Assembly: GCA_022571215.1 (NCBI GenBank)
Contig: JACZYG010000002.1
Span: forward strand, 54,332 to 118,331
Direction: 5' to 3'
DNA: 64,000 nucleotides
Origin: Fidelibacterota bacterium
Lineage (GTDB): Bacteria > Fidelibacterota > SORT01
Positions 36,802-46,033 of this stretch are shown in pieces (positions within the stretch are counted from its first letter, which is position 1; each line of letters opens with the position of its first letter). Both the position numbers and the translations under genes were made by a program. Under the pieces are notes generated by a model. It saw only the letters and a list, made by a program, of their open reading frames with translations. It was not told the DNA's origin and searched no databases.

Positions 36802-39180
36802 ATGATAGAAAAGAAAAAGAAAGAAAGACGGAAGGAAGTAGTGGGGTTGCTCCTCATGACTCTGGCTCTGCTTGTTGGAGCTTCCATGTTCAGCTACGAT
36901 ATGTCTGAAGAACCGGGTAACGTTACACAACTCAGAACGAATAATTATCTTGGTATCGGCGGAGTATATCTGTCTCATTACTTAATAAAAATGTTTCTCG
37001 GAGTTGGCTCGGCGGTTATTCCCGTGTTGCTTTTTATCTGGGGTTTTTGGCTGTTTACAAGCAGGGGGATTAAATCCCTCTTACGGTTTACCCTGTTATT
37101 ATTGGTTTTAGCTCTTTTGTTCTCAACCGTTATGGCGCTGTTGCTCGGAAAACCTTGGGCTGTTCCGGGAGTTTTAGGCGGATTATTTGCCGGCTTTCTC
37201 CAAACTTTTTTTGGCACATTAGGAGCCTGGGTTTTTGTCGGTCTCACGATGCTGCTGGTCATAACAGGATATTTTGGTTGGAGTCTTTATAATATGGCGA
37301 GCGGGATCGGAGGACCATTCAGAAAGATCATCACATCTCTAAGCCGATTAAAGCCGAGCAAAAAGAAGAAAAGAAAACCGGTTATAAGAGAATCGTCGGT
37401 CCTTGAAGAAGCAACGGCGGAAGAATCGGAAAAGGAGGAATCTTGGACTCCCCCTGAAGTGGTGACTCTTGATGACCCGCCGTCCGAGCCTGAAGATCAA
37501 GAGCCTTTGATAGACGCCGATGTTCCGCCAATTCCCACAAACGGAAATGCGTTACGGGACGACTCCCTCCCAATTGAGAAAGAAAAATCTCCCGCGCAAA
37601 CAATTCAGGAAGATGATTCAGAATTTGAGGTTAAAGATCAAGTAATTGAAGAAGAAATTGATTATGATGCCGAACGCGCCGAGTACGCCCGCCGTGAATT
37701 TAATTTGCCCTCTGTAGACCTTCTCGAACAGGCTCCACCGGTTATCGAAGATCAGATATCCCGTGAAGAGATAATGGACAACGCGAAACTATTAGAAGAC
37801 ACTCTCGAAAGTTTTGGCGTGAGCGCAAAGGTGGTGGAAGTTCATCCGGGTCCGGTAATCACGCGGTTCGAACTCGAACCTGCTACCGGAGTGAAAGTCA
37901 GCAAGATAGTAACTCTATCCGACGACATAGCTCTTGCGATGAGAGCGAAGAGGGTGAGAATTCTTGCGCCGATACCCGGGAAAGCAGCCGTAGGGATCGA
38001 GATACCCAATAAGAACGCGCAAACCGTGTTTCTCCGTTCGGTGATAAATTCTGAAAAGTTTGCTGCGATGGATTCACCTTTGGCTATTGCGCTTGGTAAA
38101 ACCTCATCAGGGGAAACTATATGCGTAGACCTCGCGACCATGCCGCATCTCTTAATTGCAGGCTCCACAGGCTCGGGTAAAAGTGTTTGTATCAACTCGA
38201 TTATTACAAGCATGCTATATAAAGCGCGTCCTGATGAACTTAAATTCATCATGATCGACCCAAAGAAATTGGAACTTTCAACTTATAAGAAGCTGAAAAA
38301 TTATCATCTGATGCCACTGAGGGACGTTAAAGAGGATATAATTACATTGCCCCAGTTGGCGGTACTCGCTCTGAAAAGCGCTGAAGTAGAAATGGAAAGA
38401 AGATACGATCTTCTTGCTGAAGCGGGCGTGAGAAGCATTGCCGAGTATAACAGCAAGGCGGAAACCGCGGAAGATATGACGAAATTACCGTATTTGGTGA
38501 TAATCGTGGACGAACTTGCTGATCTGATGATAACCGCCGCAAAAGATATTGAAGAGCCGATATCCCGTTTAGCTCAAATGGCGCGAGCGGTCGGCATTCA
38601 CCTGATAGTCGCCACTCAACGACCATCGGTTGACGTCCTTACAGGCGTAATTAAAGCGAACTTCCCCGCCCGGATGGCGTTTCAAGTGGCATCGAAAACC
38701 GATTCCCGCACTATTATTGATATGAACGGCGCAGAAAAATTGCTTGGTAAGGGAGACATGCTTTATGTTCCACCTGCGGAACCGGAAGCTATAAGAGTTC
38801 ATAATTCTTTCGTTTCGCTGCCGGAAATTGAAAGAGTATTGGAGCATATAAGCAATCAGCCTAAATATGAGGAGAAACCGCTGCCGTCAGTGAAGGAAAC
38901 CCCTCTTCAATCCGAAGGCGACGGTTACCTCGAATTTTACGGAAACGACTCGCTGCTTCCGGAGTCTATGCGACTCGTGGTCATGCATCAGCAAGGCTCA
39001 ATATCCCTATTACAACGCAGGCTTAAGGTGGGATATTCCAGGGCAGCTCGCCTTATAGACGAGTTGGAAAACGCGGGAGTCGTTGGACCGTTTGAGGGAA
39101 GTAAAGCGAGGGAAGTACTTTGGGATGAACAGGATTTGAAGAAAAATTTAGAACAAGATGATGACGAGGGAGAAAAATGA
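36802..39180 (+). CDS. ftsK: DNA translocase FtsK/SpoIIIE
   Basis: 792 aa; N-terminal membrane helices, Pro/Glu-rich linker, motor domain with Walker A GSTGSGKS and C-terminal gamma domain. Confidence 0.9.
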   Translation: MIEKKKKERRKEVVGLLLMTLALLVGASMFSYDMSEEPGNVTQLRTNNYLGIGGVYLSHYLIKMFLGVGSAVIPVLLFIWGFWLFTSRGIKSLLRFTLLLLVLALLFSTVMALLLGKPWAVPGVLGGLFAGFLQTFFGTLGAWVFVGLTMLLVITGYFGWSLYNMASGIGGPFRKIITSLSRLKPSKKKKRKPVIRESSVLEEATAEESEKEESWTPPEVVTLDDPPSEPEDQEPLIDADVPPIPTNGNALRDDSLPIEKEKSPAQTIQEDDSEFEVKDQVIEEEIDYDAERAEYARREFNLPSVDLLEQAPPVIEDQISREEIMDNAKLLEDTLESFGVSAKVVEVHPGPVITRFELEPATGVKVSKIVTLSDDIALAMRAKRVRILAPIPGKAAVGIEIPNKNAQTVFLRSVINSEKFAAMDSPLAIALGKTSSGETICVDLATMPHLLIAGSTGSGKSVCINSIITSMLYKARPDELKFIMIDPKKLELSTYKKLKNYHLMPLRDVKEDIITLPQLAVLALKSAEVEMERRYDLLAEAGVRSIAEYNSKAETAEDMTKLPYLVIIVDELADLMITAAKDIEEPISRLAQMARAVGIHLIVATQRPSVDVLTGVIKANFPARMAFQVASKTDSRTIIDMNGAEKLLGKGDMLYVPPAEPEAIRVHNSFVSLPEIERVLEHISNQPKYEEKPLPSVKETPLQSEGDGYLEFYGNDSLLPESMRLVVMHQQGSISLLQRRLKVGYSRAARLIDELENAGVVGPFEGSKAREVLWDEQDLKKNLEQDDDEGEK

Positions 39181-39827
39181 GATTTTTATTTACCGGTAAA
39201 CTATCCATAACGTCAATGGTATTTCTTCTGTCTTTGAACGCGCCACAGCTCTCTTTCGGTCAGTCAGCCAAAGAAGTTATGGATAAAATGCGTGATGTCC
39301 TTAGAAAACAGAAAGAAATCTCTATCTCTTACGAACAATCATTTAGCTGGAAATCATCCAGCTCGGTCAGCAAGAGCTTCGGAAAATTGGATATGAAAAA
39401 CCTTAAAAAATTACGGCTTCAAACGGATGAACAAACGCTTGTCACTGATGGAGATCTGATCTGGACGTATTCATCCTTTACGAATCAGGTGGTGATAAAT
39501 AAAATTGATAAATCGGGTGGAACGATATTTCCGAGTGATTTCTTATTTGAATATCCAAAGGATTATAATTCGAAATTGGTTGATGAAAACAAGTTCAAGG
39601 GTGAATATCTAATCTTATTGACGCCTAAGAATAGAAGCAGTTTTGTCACTGCCATCAGAATCTGGCTGGATGACAAAGATTTTCTCATTCGTAGTATCGA
39701 GTATAAGGATATTAACGGTAACGTGACATTATGGGAAGTTACGGAGATGGATATTGAGCCGAACTTTGGTGATTCTCATTTTGATTTTGAGACGCCTCCC
39801 GGAGCAGAAGTAGTTGACCTACGCTGA
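39177..39827 (+). CDS. lolA: LolA-like outer-membrane lipoprotein carrier protein
   Basis: 216 aa with signal peptide; LolA-like length and conserved ftsK-lolA synteny. Confidence 0.6.
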   Translation: MRFLFTGKLSITSMVFLLSLNAPQLSFGQSAKEVMDKMRDVLRKQKEISISYEQSFSWKSSSSVSKSFGKLDMKNLKKLRLQTDEQTLVTDGDLIWTYSSFTNQVVINKIDKSGGTIFPSDFLFEYPKDYNSKLVDENKFKGEYLILLTPKNRSSFVTAIRIWLDDKDFLIRSIEYKDINGNVTLWEVTEMDIEPNFGDSHFDFETPPGAEVVDLR

Positions 39828-39842
39828 AATTGAAGATTATTC

Positions 39843-40832
39843 ATGAATAAAAAACATGTTCTCGGGATAATAATAAGTCTGACCTTTGTATATTTTGCGT
39901 TCCGCGATATAAATTTAGAAGAGTTCATTGAATTGATAAAAGAAGGGCAGTACGTCTGGTTATTGCCTGCCATTACAGCTATGCTAGCGAGTTTTTGGCT
40001 AAGGGGTTATAGATGGAAAATCATACTTGAACCGGTTAAAGAGATCAGCATTCGATCGGCGTTTTCTGCCACAATGATAGGATATATGGCGAATAATATT
40101 CTTCCGTTCCGCATAGGGGATCTCATTCGCTTAGTTGCGATATCGAAAGAAACAAAGGTTTCAAAGGCGGCAGCTCTCGGCTCTGTAGTGATAGAACGAA
40201 TATTTGATCTATTTATGATTCTTGCGATCTTCGGTATAGCGCTGTTTGCATATCCCCAACTTCCTCAGTGGGCGGTAGGCGCAGGATATTTCGCTGTCGG
40301 AATATTTTCGGTTTTAATATTTTTTTCGTTTTATGCAAGAAATAATGTAGAGACGCTTGTAAGATTTAGTAAGAAGTTCATGGGTAAATTTTCCGACAAA
40401 GCAGCGGAAAAAGGTGAATCGATCATCCGATCTTTTTCTGACGGATTAAAAGTAATTCACAATGTTAAGGGCCTTCTGTGGCTGGTGCTTGTATCCGTTG
40501 CACTCTGGTTTATAAGTATACTTTGGGTTTGGTTTACATTGGAAATATTCGATTTTGATCTGCCTTTCAGCGCATCGTTTCTTGTCATAATATTTATCAT
40601 TTTTGCGGTATCAATCCCATCAGCGCCCGGATATGTCGGCACATTCCATGGGTTTGTAATCGCTGCTTTGATGTTTATGCGAGTGGATGCGGATGCCGCA
40701 AGGGCAAGCGCGGTTGTCATGCATGCGACAAACTACATCCCCGTGACCGTTATAGGGCTTTACTACCTTTGGAGCAGTAATTTCAGTTTGAAATCAGCTA
40801 CTAAAAACGCGGCTCTTATTGATGAACAATGA
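39843..40832 (+). CDS. Flippase-like / lysylphosphatidylglycerol-synthase transmembrane-region family protein (UPF0104)
   Basis: 329 aa polytopic membrane protein with LRGYRWK and NILPFRIGD motifs typical of this family. Confidence 0.65.
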   Translation: MNKKHVLGIIISLTFVYFAFRDINLEEFIELIKEGQYVWLLPAITAMLASFWLRGYRWKIILEPVKEISIRSAFSATMIGYMANNILPFRIGDLIRLVAISKETKVSKAAALGSVVIERIFDLFMILAIFGIALFAYPQLPQWAVGAGYFAVGIFSVLIFFSFYARNNVETLVRFSKKFMGKFSDKAAEKGESIIRSFSDGLKVIHNVKGLLWLVLVSVALWFISILWVWFTLEIFDFDLPFSASFLVIIFIIFAVSIPSAPGYVGTFHGFVIAALMFMRVDADAARASAVVMHATNYIPVTVIGLYYLWSSNFSLKSATKNAALIDEQ

Positions 40833-40958
40833 CCATCCGGGTATCCGATGAGAACTCTTGAGAATTAGCATGATCAATATAATAAATATCCTATGAGCCT
40901 AAAGAACCGCAACATCATGTTATATGTTGATTGTTCATAATGGATAACTTAATTTTGC

Positions 40959-41339
40959 TTGGCTGATTTGCGGGAGAATTTTTTGGATAGAATCACGTTA
41001 AATAATATGGTTTTTTTCGGTTATCATGGCGCCATGTCGGAGGAACAGGAGATAGGCGGGAGGTTTGAGGTAGATATAGACCTGTTAGGCGATTTTAGCC
41101 AAGCATCGAAATCTGATGATCTTTCAAAAGCGGTAGATTATCAAAAGGCGTATGAGAGCATCAAGCCGATTATAGAAGGCGAAAAATATAATCTTATTGA
41201 AGGATTGGCAGAAGCGGTTGCAAAAAAGATATTGGGTGAATTTGAGGTGTCGAGAGTGAACGTTCGGTTGAGAAAACGAAACGTGCCAATCGGAGGAGTT
41301 ATTGATTTCGTAGAGGTCGAGCTCACCCGGGACAAATAG
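40959..41339 (+). CDS. folB: Dihydroneopterin aldolase
   Basis: 126 aa; FFGYHGAMSEEQEIGGRFEVD pattern. Confidence 0.85.
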   Translation: MADLRENFLDRITLNNMVFFGYHGAMSEEQEIGGRFEVDIDLLGDFSQASKSDDLSKAVDYQKAYESIKPIIEGEKYNLIEGLAEAVAKKILGEFEVSRVNVRLRKRNVPIGGVIDFVEVELTRDK

Positions 41340-41359
41340 AGGATGAAATAGAGTATACT

Positions 41360-41872
41360 TTGAAAACGACCGCCTATATTGGAATGGGTTCCAATCTCGG
41401 TGATAGAGAAGAAAACCTGAATAAGGCTCTTGAGTTATTGACGAGAATCGAGGGAACAGAGCTTGAAACATATTCGGATATCTTTGAAAGTGAACCTATG
41501 TATCTATCGGCGCAGCCTGATTATCTTAACATGGCGGCTATGCTTTCAACAAGTTTATCCCCCCTGAATTTATTGGAAGAGCTGTTATCGTTAGAAAACG
41601 GGATGGGAAGAGTACGGGAAATTAAGTTCGGATCGCGCGTCATTGATCTTGACATATTGTTTTTTGGAGAGGAGATAATTAATTCCGAAGCGCTCAGACT
41701 GCCTCATCCGTCGTTATACGACAGACTGTTCGTTTTACTCCCGCTGAGTGAGATTGCCGGTGATTTGATCTGCCCTGTCAAACAAAAAACCGTCAGTGAA
41801 TTGTTAAAGCTATCCAAGGATAATTCCCGCATATCAAAATACGAAAACAAAACTCCGGTGGAATCTGACTGA
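41360..41872 (+). CDS. folK: 2-amino-4-hydroxy-6-hydroxymethyldihydropteridine pyrophosphokinase
   Basis: 170 aa; YIGMGSNLGDREENL and DLDILFFGEEIINS motifs. Confidence 0.85.
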   Translation: MKTTAYIGMGSNLGDREENLNKALELLTRIEGTELETYSDIFESEPMYLSAQPDYLNMAAMLSTSLSPLNLLEELLSLENGMGRVREIKFGSRVIDLDILFFGEEIINSEALRLPHPSLYDRLFVLLPLSEIAGDLICPVKQKTVSELLKLSKDNSRISKYENKTPVESD

Positions 41873-41876
41873 AATT

Positions 41877-42515
41877 ATGAGAAACATTTATTATATAGCG
41901 GTTGAAGGGGTTATTGGAGTCGGCAAGACGAGTTTATGCTCAATAATAGGGGAATATTTTTCAGCGAAAATTGTTTATGAAAAGTTTGAAGAAAATCCAT
42001 TTTTGGAAGATTTTTATTCTGATAGAGAACGATTCGCTTTTCAAACTCAACTCTACTTTCTTTTGAGTCGTTATCGGCAACATCAGGATATGATGCAGGT
42101 GGAGCTATTTCATAAACTGCTTGTATCCGATTATATGTTTGTCAAGGACAAGATATTCGCGAATATTACATTGTCTGACAAGGAGCTGGTTCTTTATAAT
42201 TCGGTAGTCACTTTATTAGAGCGTGATATTCCAAATCCTGATCTTGTGATATACCTGCAATCCACTACTGACAGGCTGATGGAAAATATCCGGGCGCGCG
42301 GGCGGCATTATGAGGAATTGATAACCGATGATTATTTGCAACAGCTTAACGATGCGTATAATGATTTTTTCCTTCGATACGAAAGTAGTCCTCTTCTGAT
42401 AGTGAACTCGACAGACATAGATTTCGTCAACGATGATAAAGACAGGGATAATCTGTTGAGTAAAATAAGACAGCCCTTTTCAGGAACCAGATACTATAAT
42501 CCGAAGGGTTTGTGA
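41877..42515 (+). CDS. Deoxynucleoside kinase
   Basis: 212 aa; P-loop EGVIGVGKTS, ERF and DR motifs of the dNK family. Confidence 0.85.
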   Translation: MRNIYYIAVEGVIGVGKTSLCSIIGEYFSAKIVYEKFEENPFLEDFYSDRERFAFQTQLYFLLSRYRQHQDMMQVELFHKLLVSDYMFVKDKIFANITLSDKELVLYNSVVTLLERDIPNPDLVIYLQSTTDRLMENIRARGRHYEELITDDYLQQLNDAYNDFFLRYESSPLLIVNSTDIDFVNDDKDRDNLLSKIRQPFSGTRYYNPKGL

Positions 42516-42685
42516 TGTTAAAATTTATTATATTTTTGGCAGTTGGTTGGTTTTTACTGAAAATCTTCAGGGGAGCGAAATTTCTCAAAAAAAATAAAGT
42601 CACGACACCTGAGAGAGATAAAAAGAATAAATTAAAATATAATAAAGGTGACATCGAAGATGCAGATTTCAAGGACTTGGATTGA
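42515..42685 (+). CDS. Small membrane-anchored protein (56 aa), unannotated in the ORF track
   Basis: ATG overlaps the dNK stop (TGATG); MLKFIIFLAVGWFLLKIF hydrophobic helix followed by a Lys-rich tail. Confidence 0.35.
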   Translation: MLKFIIFLAVGWFLLKIFRGAKFLKKNKVTTPERDKKNKLKYNKGDIEDADFKDLD

Positions 42686-42709
42686 GTGAATAACATAAAG
42701 GGATAACGT

Positions 42710-43753
42710 TTGACTGAACTAATCAACATACTTTTAGAGGAAGAAAATGTCCTTTTCTTATTGAGGGGCGGTTTCAGGATAATTCTGATTTTGCTGATTG
42801 CAAAAATAGCCTATAGTCTGATAAATAAAAGATTCCTGGAACGGCTTAATCGAGCGCAGAAAACATCAGGTGCAAGCCGCGAAACCGATAAAAGCCTTAC
42901 GCTGTTACCTATCTTCCAAAATATTCTGAAAATAGGTATCTGGTCTATAGCGTGGATCCTGGTTCTCGGAGAATTAGGAATAAATACCACCGCCTTGATA
43001 GCAGGCATCGGAATGCTCGGAATTGCTCTCGGTTTGGCAGCACAGTCGATGATAAAGGATCTTATAGCCGGATTCCTGCTTATTCTCGAAAATTTGATAT
43101 TGGTAGGTGATTCGATAGTTGTCGGAAATATTTCAGGCAAAGTTGAGCAGGTTGGAATCAGGTACACTAAAATTCGATTGTTCTCCGGTGAATTACGGAT
43201 AGTCCCAAACAGTGAACTGTCTAATTTCGGTAATAAGAATAGAGGGTACATGAGAGTGATAGTTGATGTAGGACTGGCTTATGAACAGGACCTGGAGAAA
43301 GCTTTATTGGTCATGAAGGAAGTTGCTTCATTGTGGGCAAGAGACAATTCTGAGATCATCATAGAATATCCATCGGTCCAAGCGATAACAGAATTTGGTG
43401 ACAGCGCGCTGTTAGCAAGAATTGTCGCTACCGTAAAACCGGGCGAGCAGGGGAATGCGGAAAGAACAATTAGAAGTCTCCTAAAGCAAAAATTTGATGA
43501 ACGGAATGTCGATATGCCCTTTCCGAGAAGGCATCTGTATCTTCATACACAAGATTCACAGGATTTCAATATTAATGTAGAAAATCTTGATATTCTTCCA
43601 GAGCCTGGTTCAAAGGAAGAACTTGAAAATCCCTCACTGACGGGGATGGTCTTTGAGAGGGAGGTAAAGAAAATGTCAGGAGCGATGGATAAGCTAAGTA
43701 ATATGTTTAATAATAAAGATTCACCTAAAGAAGACGAAGATAAAAAAGATTGA
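42710..43753 (+). CDS. mscS: Mechanosensitive ion channel MscS family protein
   Basis: 347 aa; pore-lining TM3 signature IAGIGMLGIALGLAAQSMIKDLIAGF and beta-domain GDSIVVGNISGKVEQVGIRYTKIR. Confidence 0.85.
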   Translation: MTELINILLEEENVLFLLRGGFRIILILLIAKIAYSLINKRFLERLNRAQKTSGASRETDKSLTLLPIFQNILKIGIWSIAWILVLGELGINTTALIAGIGMLGIALGLAAQSMIKDLIAGFLLILENLILVGDSIVVGNISGKVEQVGIRYTKIRLFSGELRIVPNSELSNFGNKNRGYMRVIVDVGLAYEQDLEKALLVMKEVASLWARDNSEIIIEYPSVQAITEFGDSALLARIVATVKPGEQGNAERTIRSLLKQKFDERNVDMPFPRRHLYLHTQDSQDFNINVENLDILPEPGSKEELENPSLTGMVFEREVKKMSGAMDKLSNMFNNKDSPKEDEDKKD

Positions 43754-43827
43754 GGGGTATAGATAAAATGTTTGTAAAATCAATAAAACTACTATATATT
43801 GTACTATCAAGATAAAAATGGGTTGAT

Positions 43828-44259
43828 GTGGTAGTCAATTTAACAGAAACTCTCGTTATCAAGAGTAATGTTAATGAGCTTGCTAAGGTAGCAACAATTA
43901 CCGAAGAAATTTGTGAACGTTGTGGGTTGATAGAAGATGAGATAGATGATATTGCAATAGCCGTGACCGAGGCAGTTAATAATGCGATAAAACACGGTAA
44001 CAAGGAAGATTCTACCAAATCTATTGAAATAGTCTTCCAAATTGAAACTGAAAGAATTAAAATACGTATAAAGGATGAAGGGAAAGGATTCCAGTTAGAA
44101 AAAGTAAAGGATCCGCGTAAAAATGAAAACCTTCTAAAAGACGATGGCAGAGGAATTCTTATTATGAAGACTCTGATGGACGAAGTCAAAGTATTGTCGG
44201 GAACTGAAGGAAACGTATTGCAGCTGGTAAAAAACATTAGCAGGAATGGTGGAAATTGA
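43828..44259 (+). CDS. Anti-sigma regulatory factor-like GHKL ATPase / serine kinase (RsbW/SpoIIAB-like)
   Basis: 143 aa; N-box region AVTEAVNNAIKHG and G-box DEGKGF. Confidence 0.7.
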   Translation: MVVNLTETLVIKSNVNELAKVATITEEICERCGLIEDEIDDIAIAVTEAVNNAIKHGNKEDSTKSIEIVFQIETERIKIRIKDEGKGFQLEKVKDPRKNENLLKDDGRGILIMKTLMDEVKVLSGTEGNVLQLVKNISRNGGN

Positions 44260-44264
44260 AAACA

Positions 44265-44906
44265 ATGATCAGATCGCGTATAGTCCTATTGAATATAATT
44301 ATTTTAATGTATACGGCAGTGGGAGTTGCCGGAGAGCGTAAAGGCGAGAAGGGATTCGGAGCCACCCTGACCAACAAAGGATTCGGATTACGGCTGAGTT
44401 ATAACCGCAGTAAGGGACCGGCAAGTTTGTTCACAACCGATTTTGAGATCATTAACGTAAAAGGGAAAAACGAGCTGTCCGGTGAGATTTATAACCCGTT
44501 TACCGGAAGATATGAGCGGTTCAAAATTGGAGACGAAAACCTGCTTCTGATGCCTCTGATGTTTGGCTATCGAAAAAATATGTGGCATGATCAGATCGCC
44601 AATAATTTTCAACCGTATATCCAACTTTCCGGAGGACCTGTTCTTGCGTTTGATTTGAAGGAAGAGGACCCATTTGCGACTGATATCCAGGAGAACGTAG
44701 GATTTATCGAGCAGTTTTCAAAAGGAAAAGCTTACTATACTATTGGAGCTTCTCTCAGTGGAGGAGCAGTGATCGAGACGAGTAAAAACAGGTTTATCAA
44801 TATCAGCGTAAATTATAGTATTATTGATTATGGCAGGGATTTAGACCATAGACGCGCGTTAGGGGGACTCGCGTTTAGAGTGGAATTCGGTAGTTGGATA
44901 AGATAA
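44265..44906 (+). CDS. Hypothetical secreted protein (signal peptide, beta-rich)
   Basis: ORF with hydrophobic N-terminus MIRSRIVLLNIIILMYTAVGVAG; no family recognised; the start may be the TTG at 44256. Confidence 0.5.
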   Translation: MIRSRIVLLNIIILMYTAVGVAGERKGEKGFGATLTNKGFGLRLSYNRSKGPASLFTTDFEIINVKGKNELSGEIYNPFTGRYERFKIGDENLLLMPLMFGYRKNMWHDQIANNFQPYIQLSGGPVLAFDLKEEDPFATDIQENVGFIEQFSKGKAYYTIGASLSGGAVIETSKNRFINISVNYSIIDYGRDLDHRRALGGLAFRVEFGSWIR

Positions 44907-44928
44907 TTTGAACAATATGCCGTAAAAA

Positions 44929-45681
44929 ATGGACAGCGATTATTTTTTTGTAGAACCCTCTAACGTGACTGAAGATGAACTGACACTAATTGATGCCGAA
45001 GCTCATCACATTCAAAATGTAATCAGGAAGCATGAAGGTGATTCAATAATGGCGGTAAACGGCAACGGCGTAGCCTATAAAACTATAATTGAAAACATCC
45101 AGGAAAACTCAATTGTTTGCAGTATAGTTAATACGATAGAAGGCTTGAATGAACCTTCGTTTAAATTAGCGCTTGGAATAGGATTATTAAAATCCACACA
45201 TTTAGAAGATACCTTGAATAGTTGCATACAATTAGGAATTTCGGAATTGATACCGTTGCTTTGCGCTCGTTCAATTAAAAAAAATATAAACTTGCGAAGA
45301 TTTGAAACCATATCCATGACAGCCATGAAGCAGACGGGCAGATGCGTCAGAACTCTGATTCACGAGCCGGTCGGTATAGAGGAGCTCTTGACAATGACGG
45401 CAGGTTATCAGCTAAAATTAATTTCTATGCTTGGCGAATCGCTACCGCTGTTATACGATGTGATAAGTGAAATGAATGCTGAAAAGTTTAAAAATGGAGT
45501 GATATTGGTTGGACCGGAGGGAGATTTTACAGATGAGGAGATCACCTGCATTTTGGAGAATGGCTTTGAACCTGTATCTCTGGGAAAAAGAAGATTGAGA
45601 TCGGAAACCGCCGCATCTGCCGCGGTTTCATTGATTATGAGCCATTTTGAGGAAAGGGATTTGAACTATGACATCAACTGA
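44929..45681 (+). CDS. rsmE: 16S rRNA (uracil1498-N3)-methyltransferase RsmE
   Basis: 250 aa; PUA-like N-terminus and SPOUT C-terminus with LVGPEGDFTDEE and SLGKRRLRSETAA. Confidence 0.8.
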   Translation: MDSDYFFVEPSNVTEDELTLIDAEAHHIQNVIRKHEGDSIMAVNGNGVAYKTIIENIQENSIVCSIVNTIEGLNEPSFKLALGIGLLKSTHLEDTLNSCIQLGISELIPLLCARSIKKNINLRRFETISMTAMKQTGRCVRTLIHEPVGIEELLTMTAGYQLKLISMLGESLPLLYDVISEMNAEKFKNGVILVGPEGDFTDEEITCILENGFEPVSLGKRRLRSETAASAAVSLIMSHFEERDLNYDIN

Positions 45682-46024
45682 AAATGATTGCCTTTTCTGT
45701 AAGATAGCAGATGAGCAGCTGCCGGCGGATGTGGTTTATAAGGATGATTTGGTCGTTGCTTTCAGAGATGTTAATCCGCAGGCTCCAACACATATTCTCG
45801 TGATCCCGAGAGAGCACATCAGCTATGCCGCGGATCTAAGTGACAGCCATTCGGCGCTGCTGTCGCGAATGTTTAAAACTGCCAATAAGATCGCTTCAGA
45901 TGAAAATATATCAGAGGAAGGATATCGAATGGTAATAAATAATGGAAAAGGCGCCGGGCAGACGGTCTTTCATTTGCACCTACACCTGCTCGGTGGAAGA
46001 CCTATGAATTGGCCTCCGGGATAA
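45668..46024 (+). CDS. HIT family (histidine triad) nucleotide hydrolase
   Basis: 118 aa; CLFCKI, HILVIPREH and histidine triad HLHLHLLGG. Confidence 0.9.
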   Translation: MTSTENDCLFCKIADEQLPADVVYKDDLVVAFRDVNPQAPTHILVIPREHISYAADLSDSHSALLSRMFKTANKIASDENISEEGYRMVINNGKGAGQTVFHLHLHLLGGRPMNWPPG

Positions 46025-46033
46025 GATAAAAGT

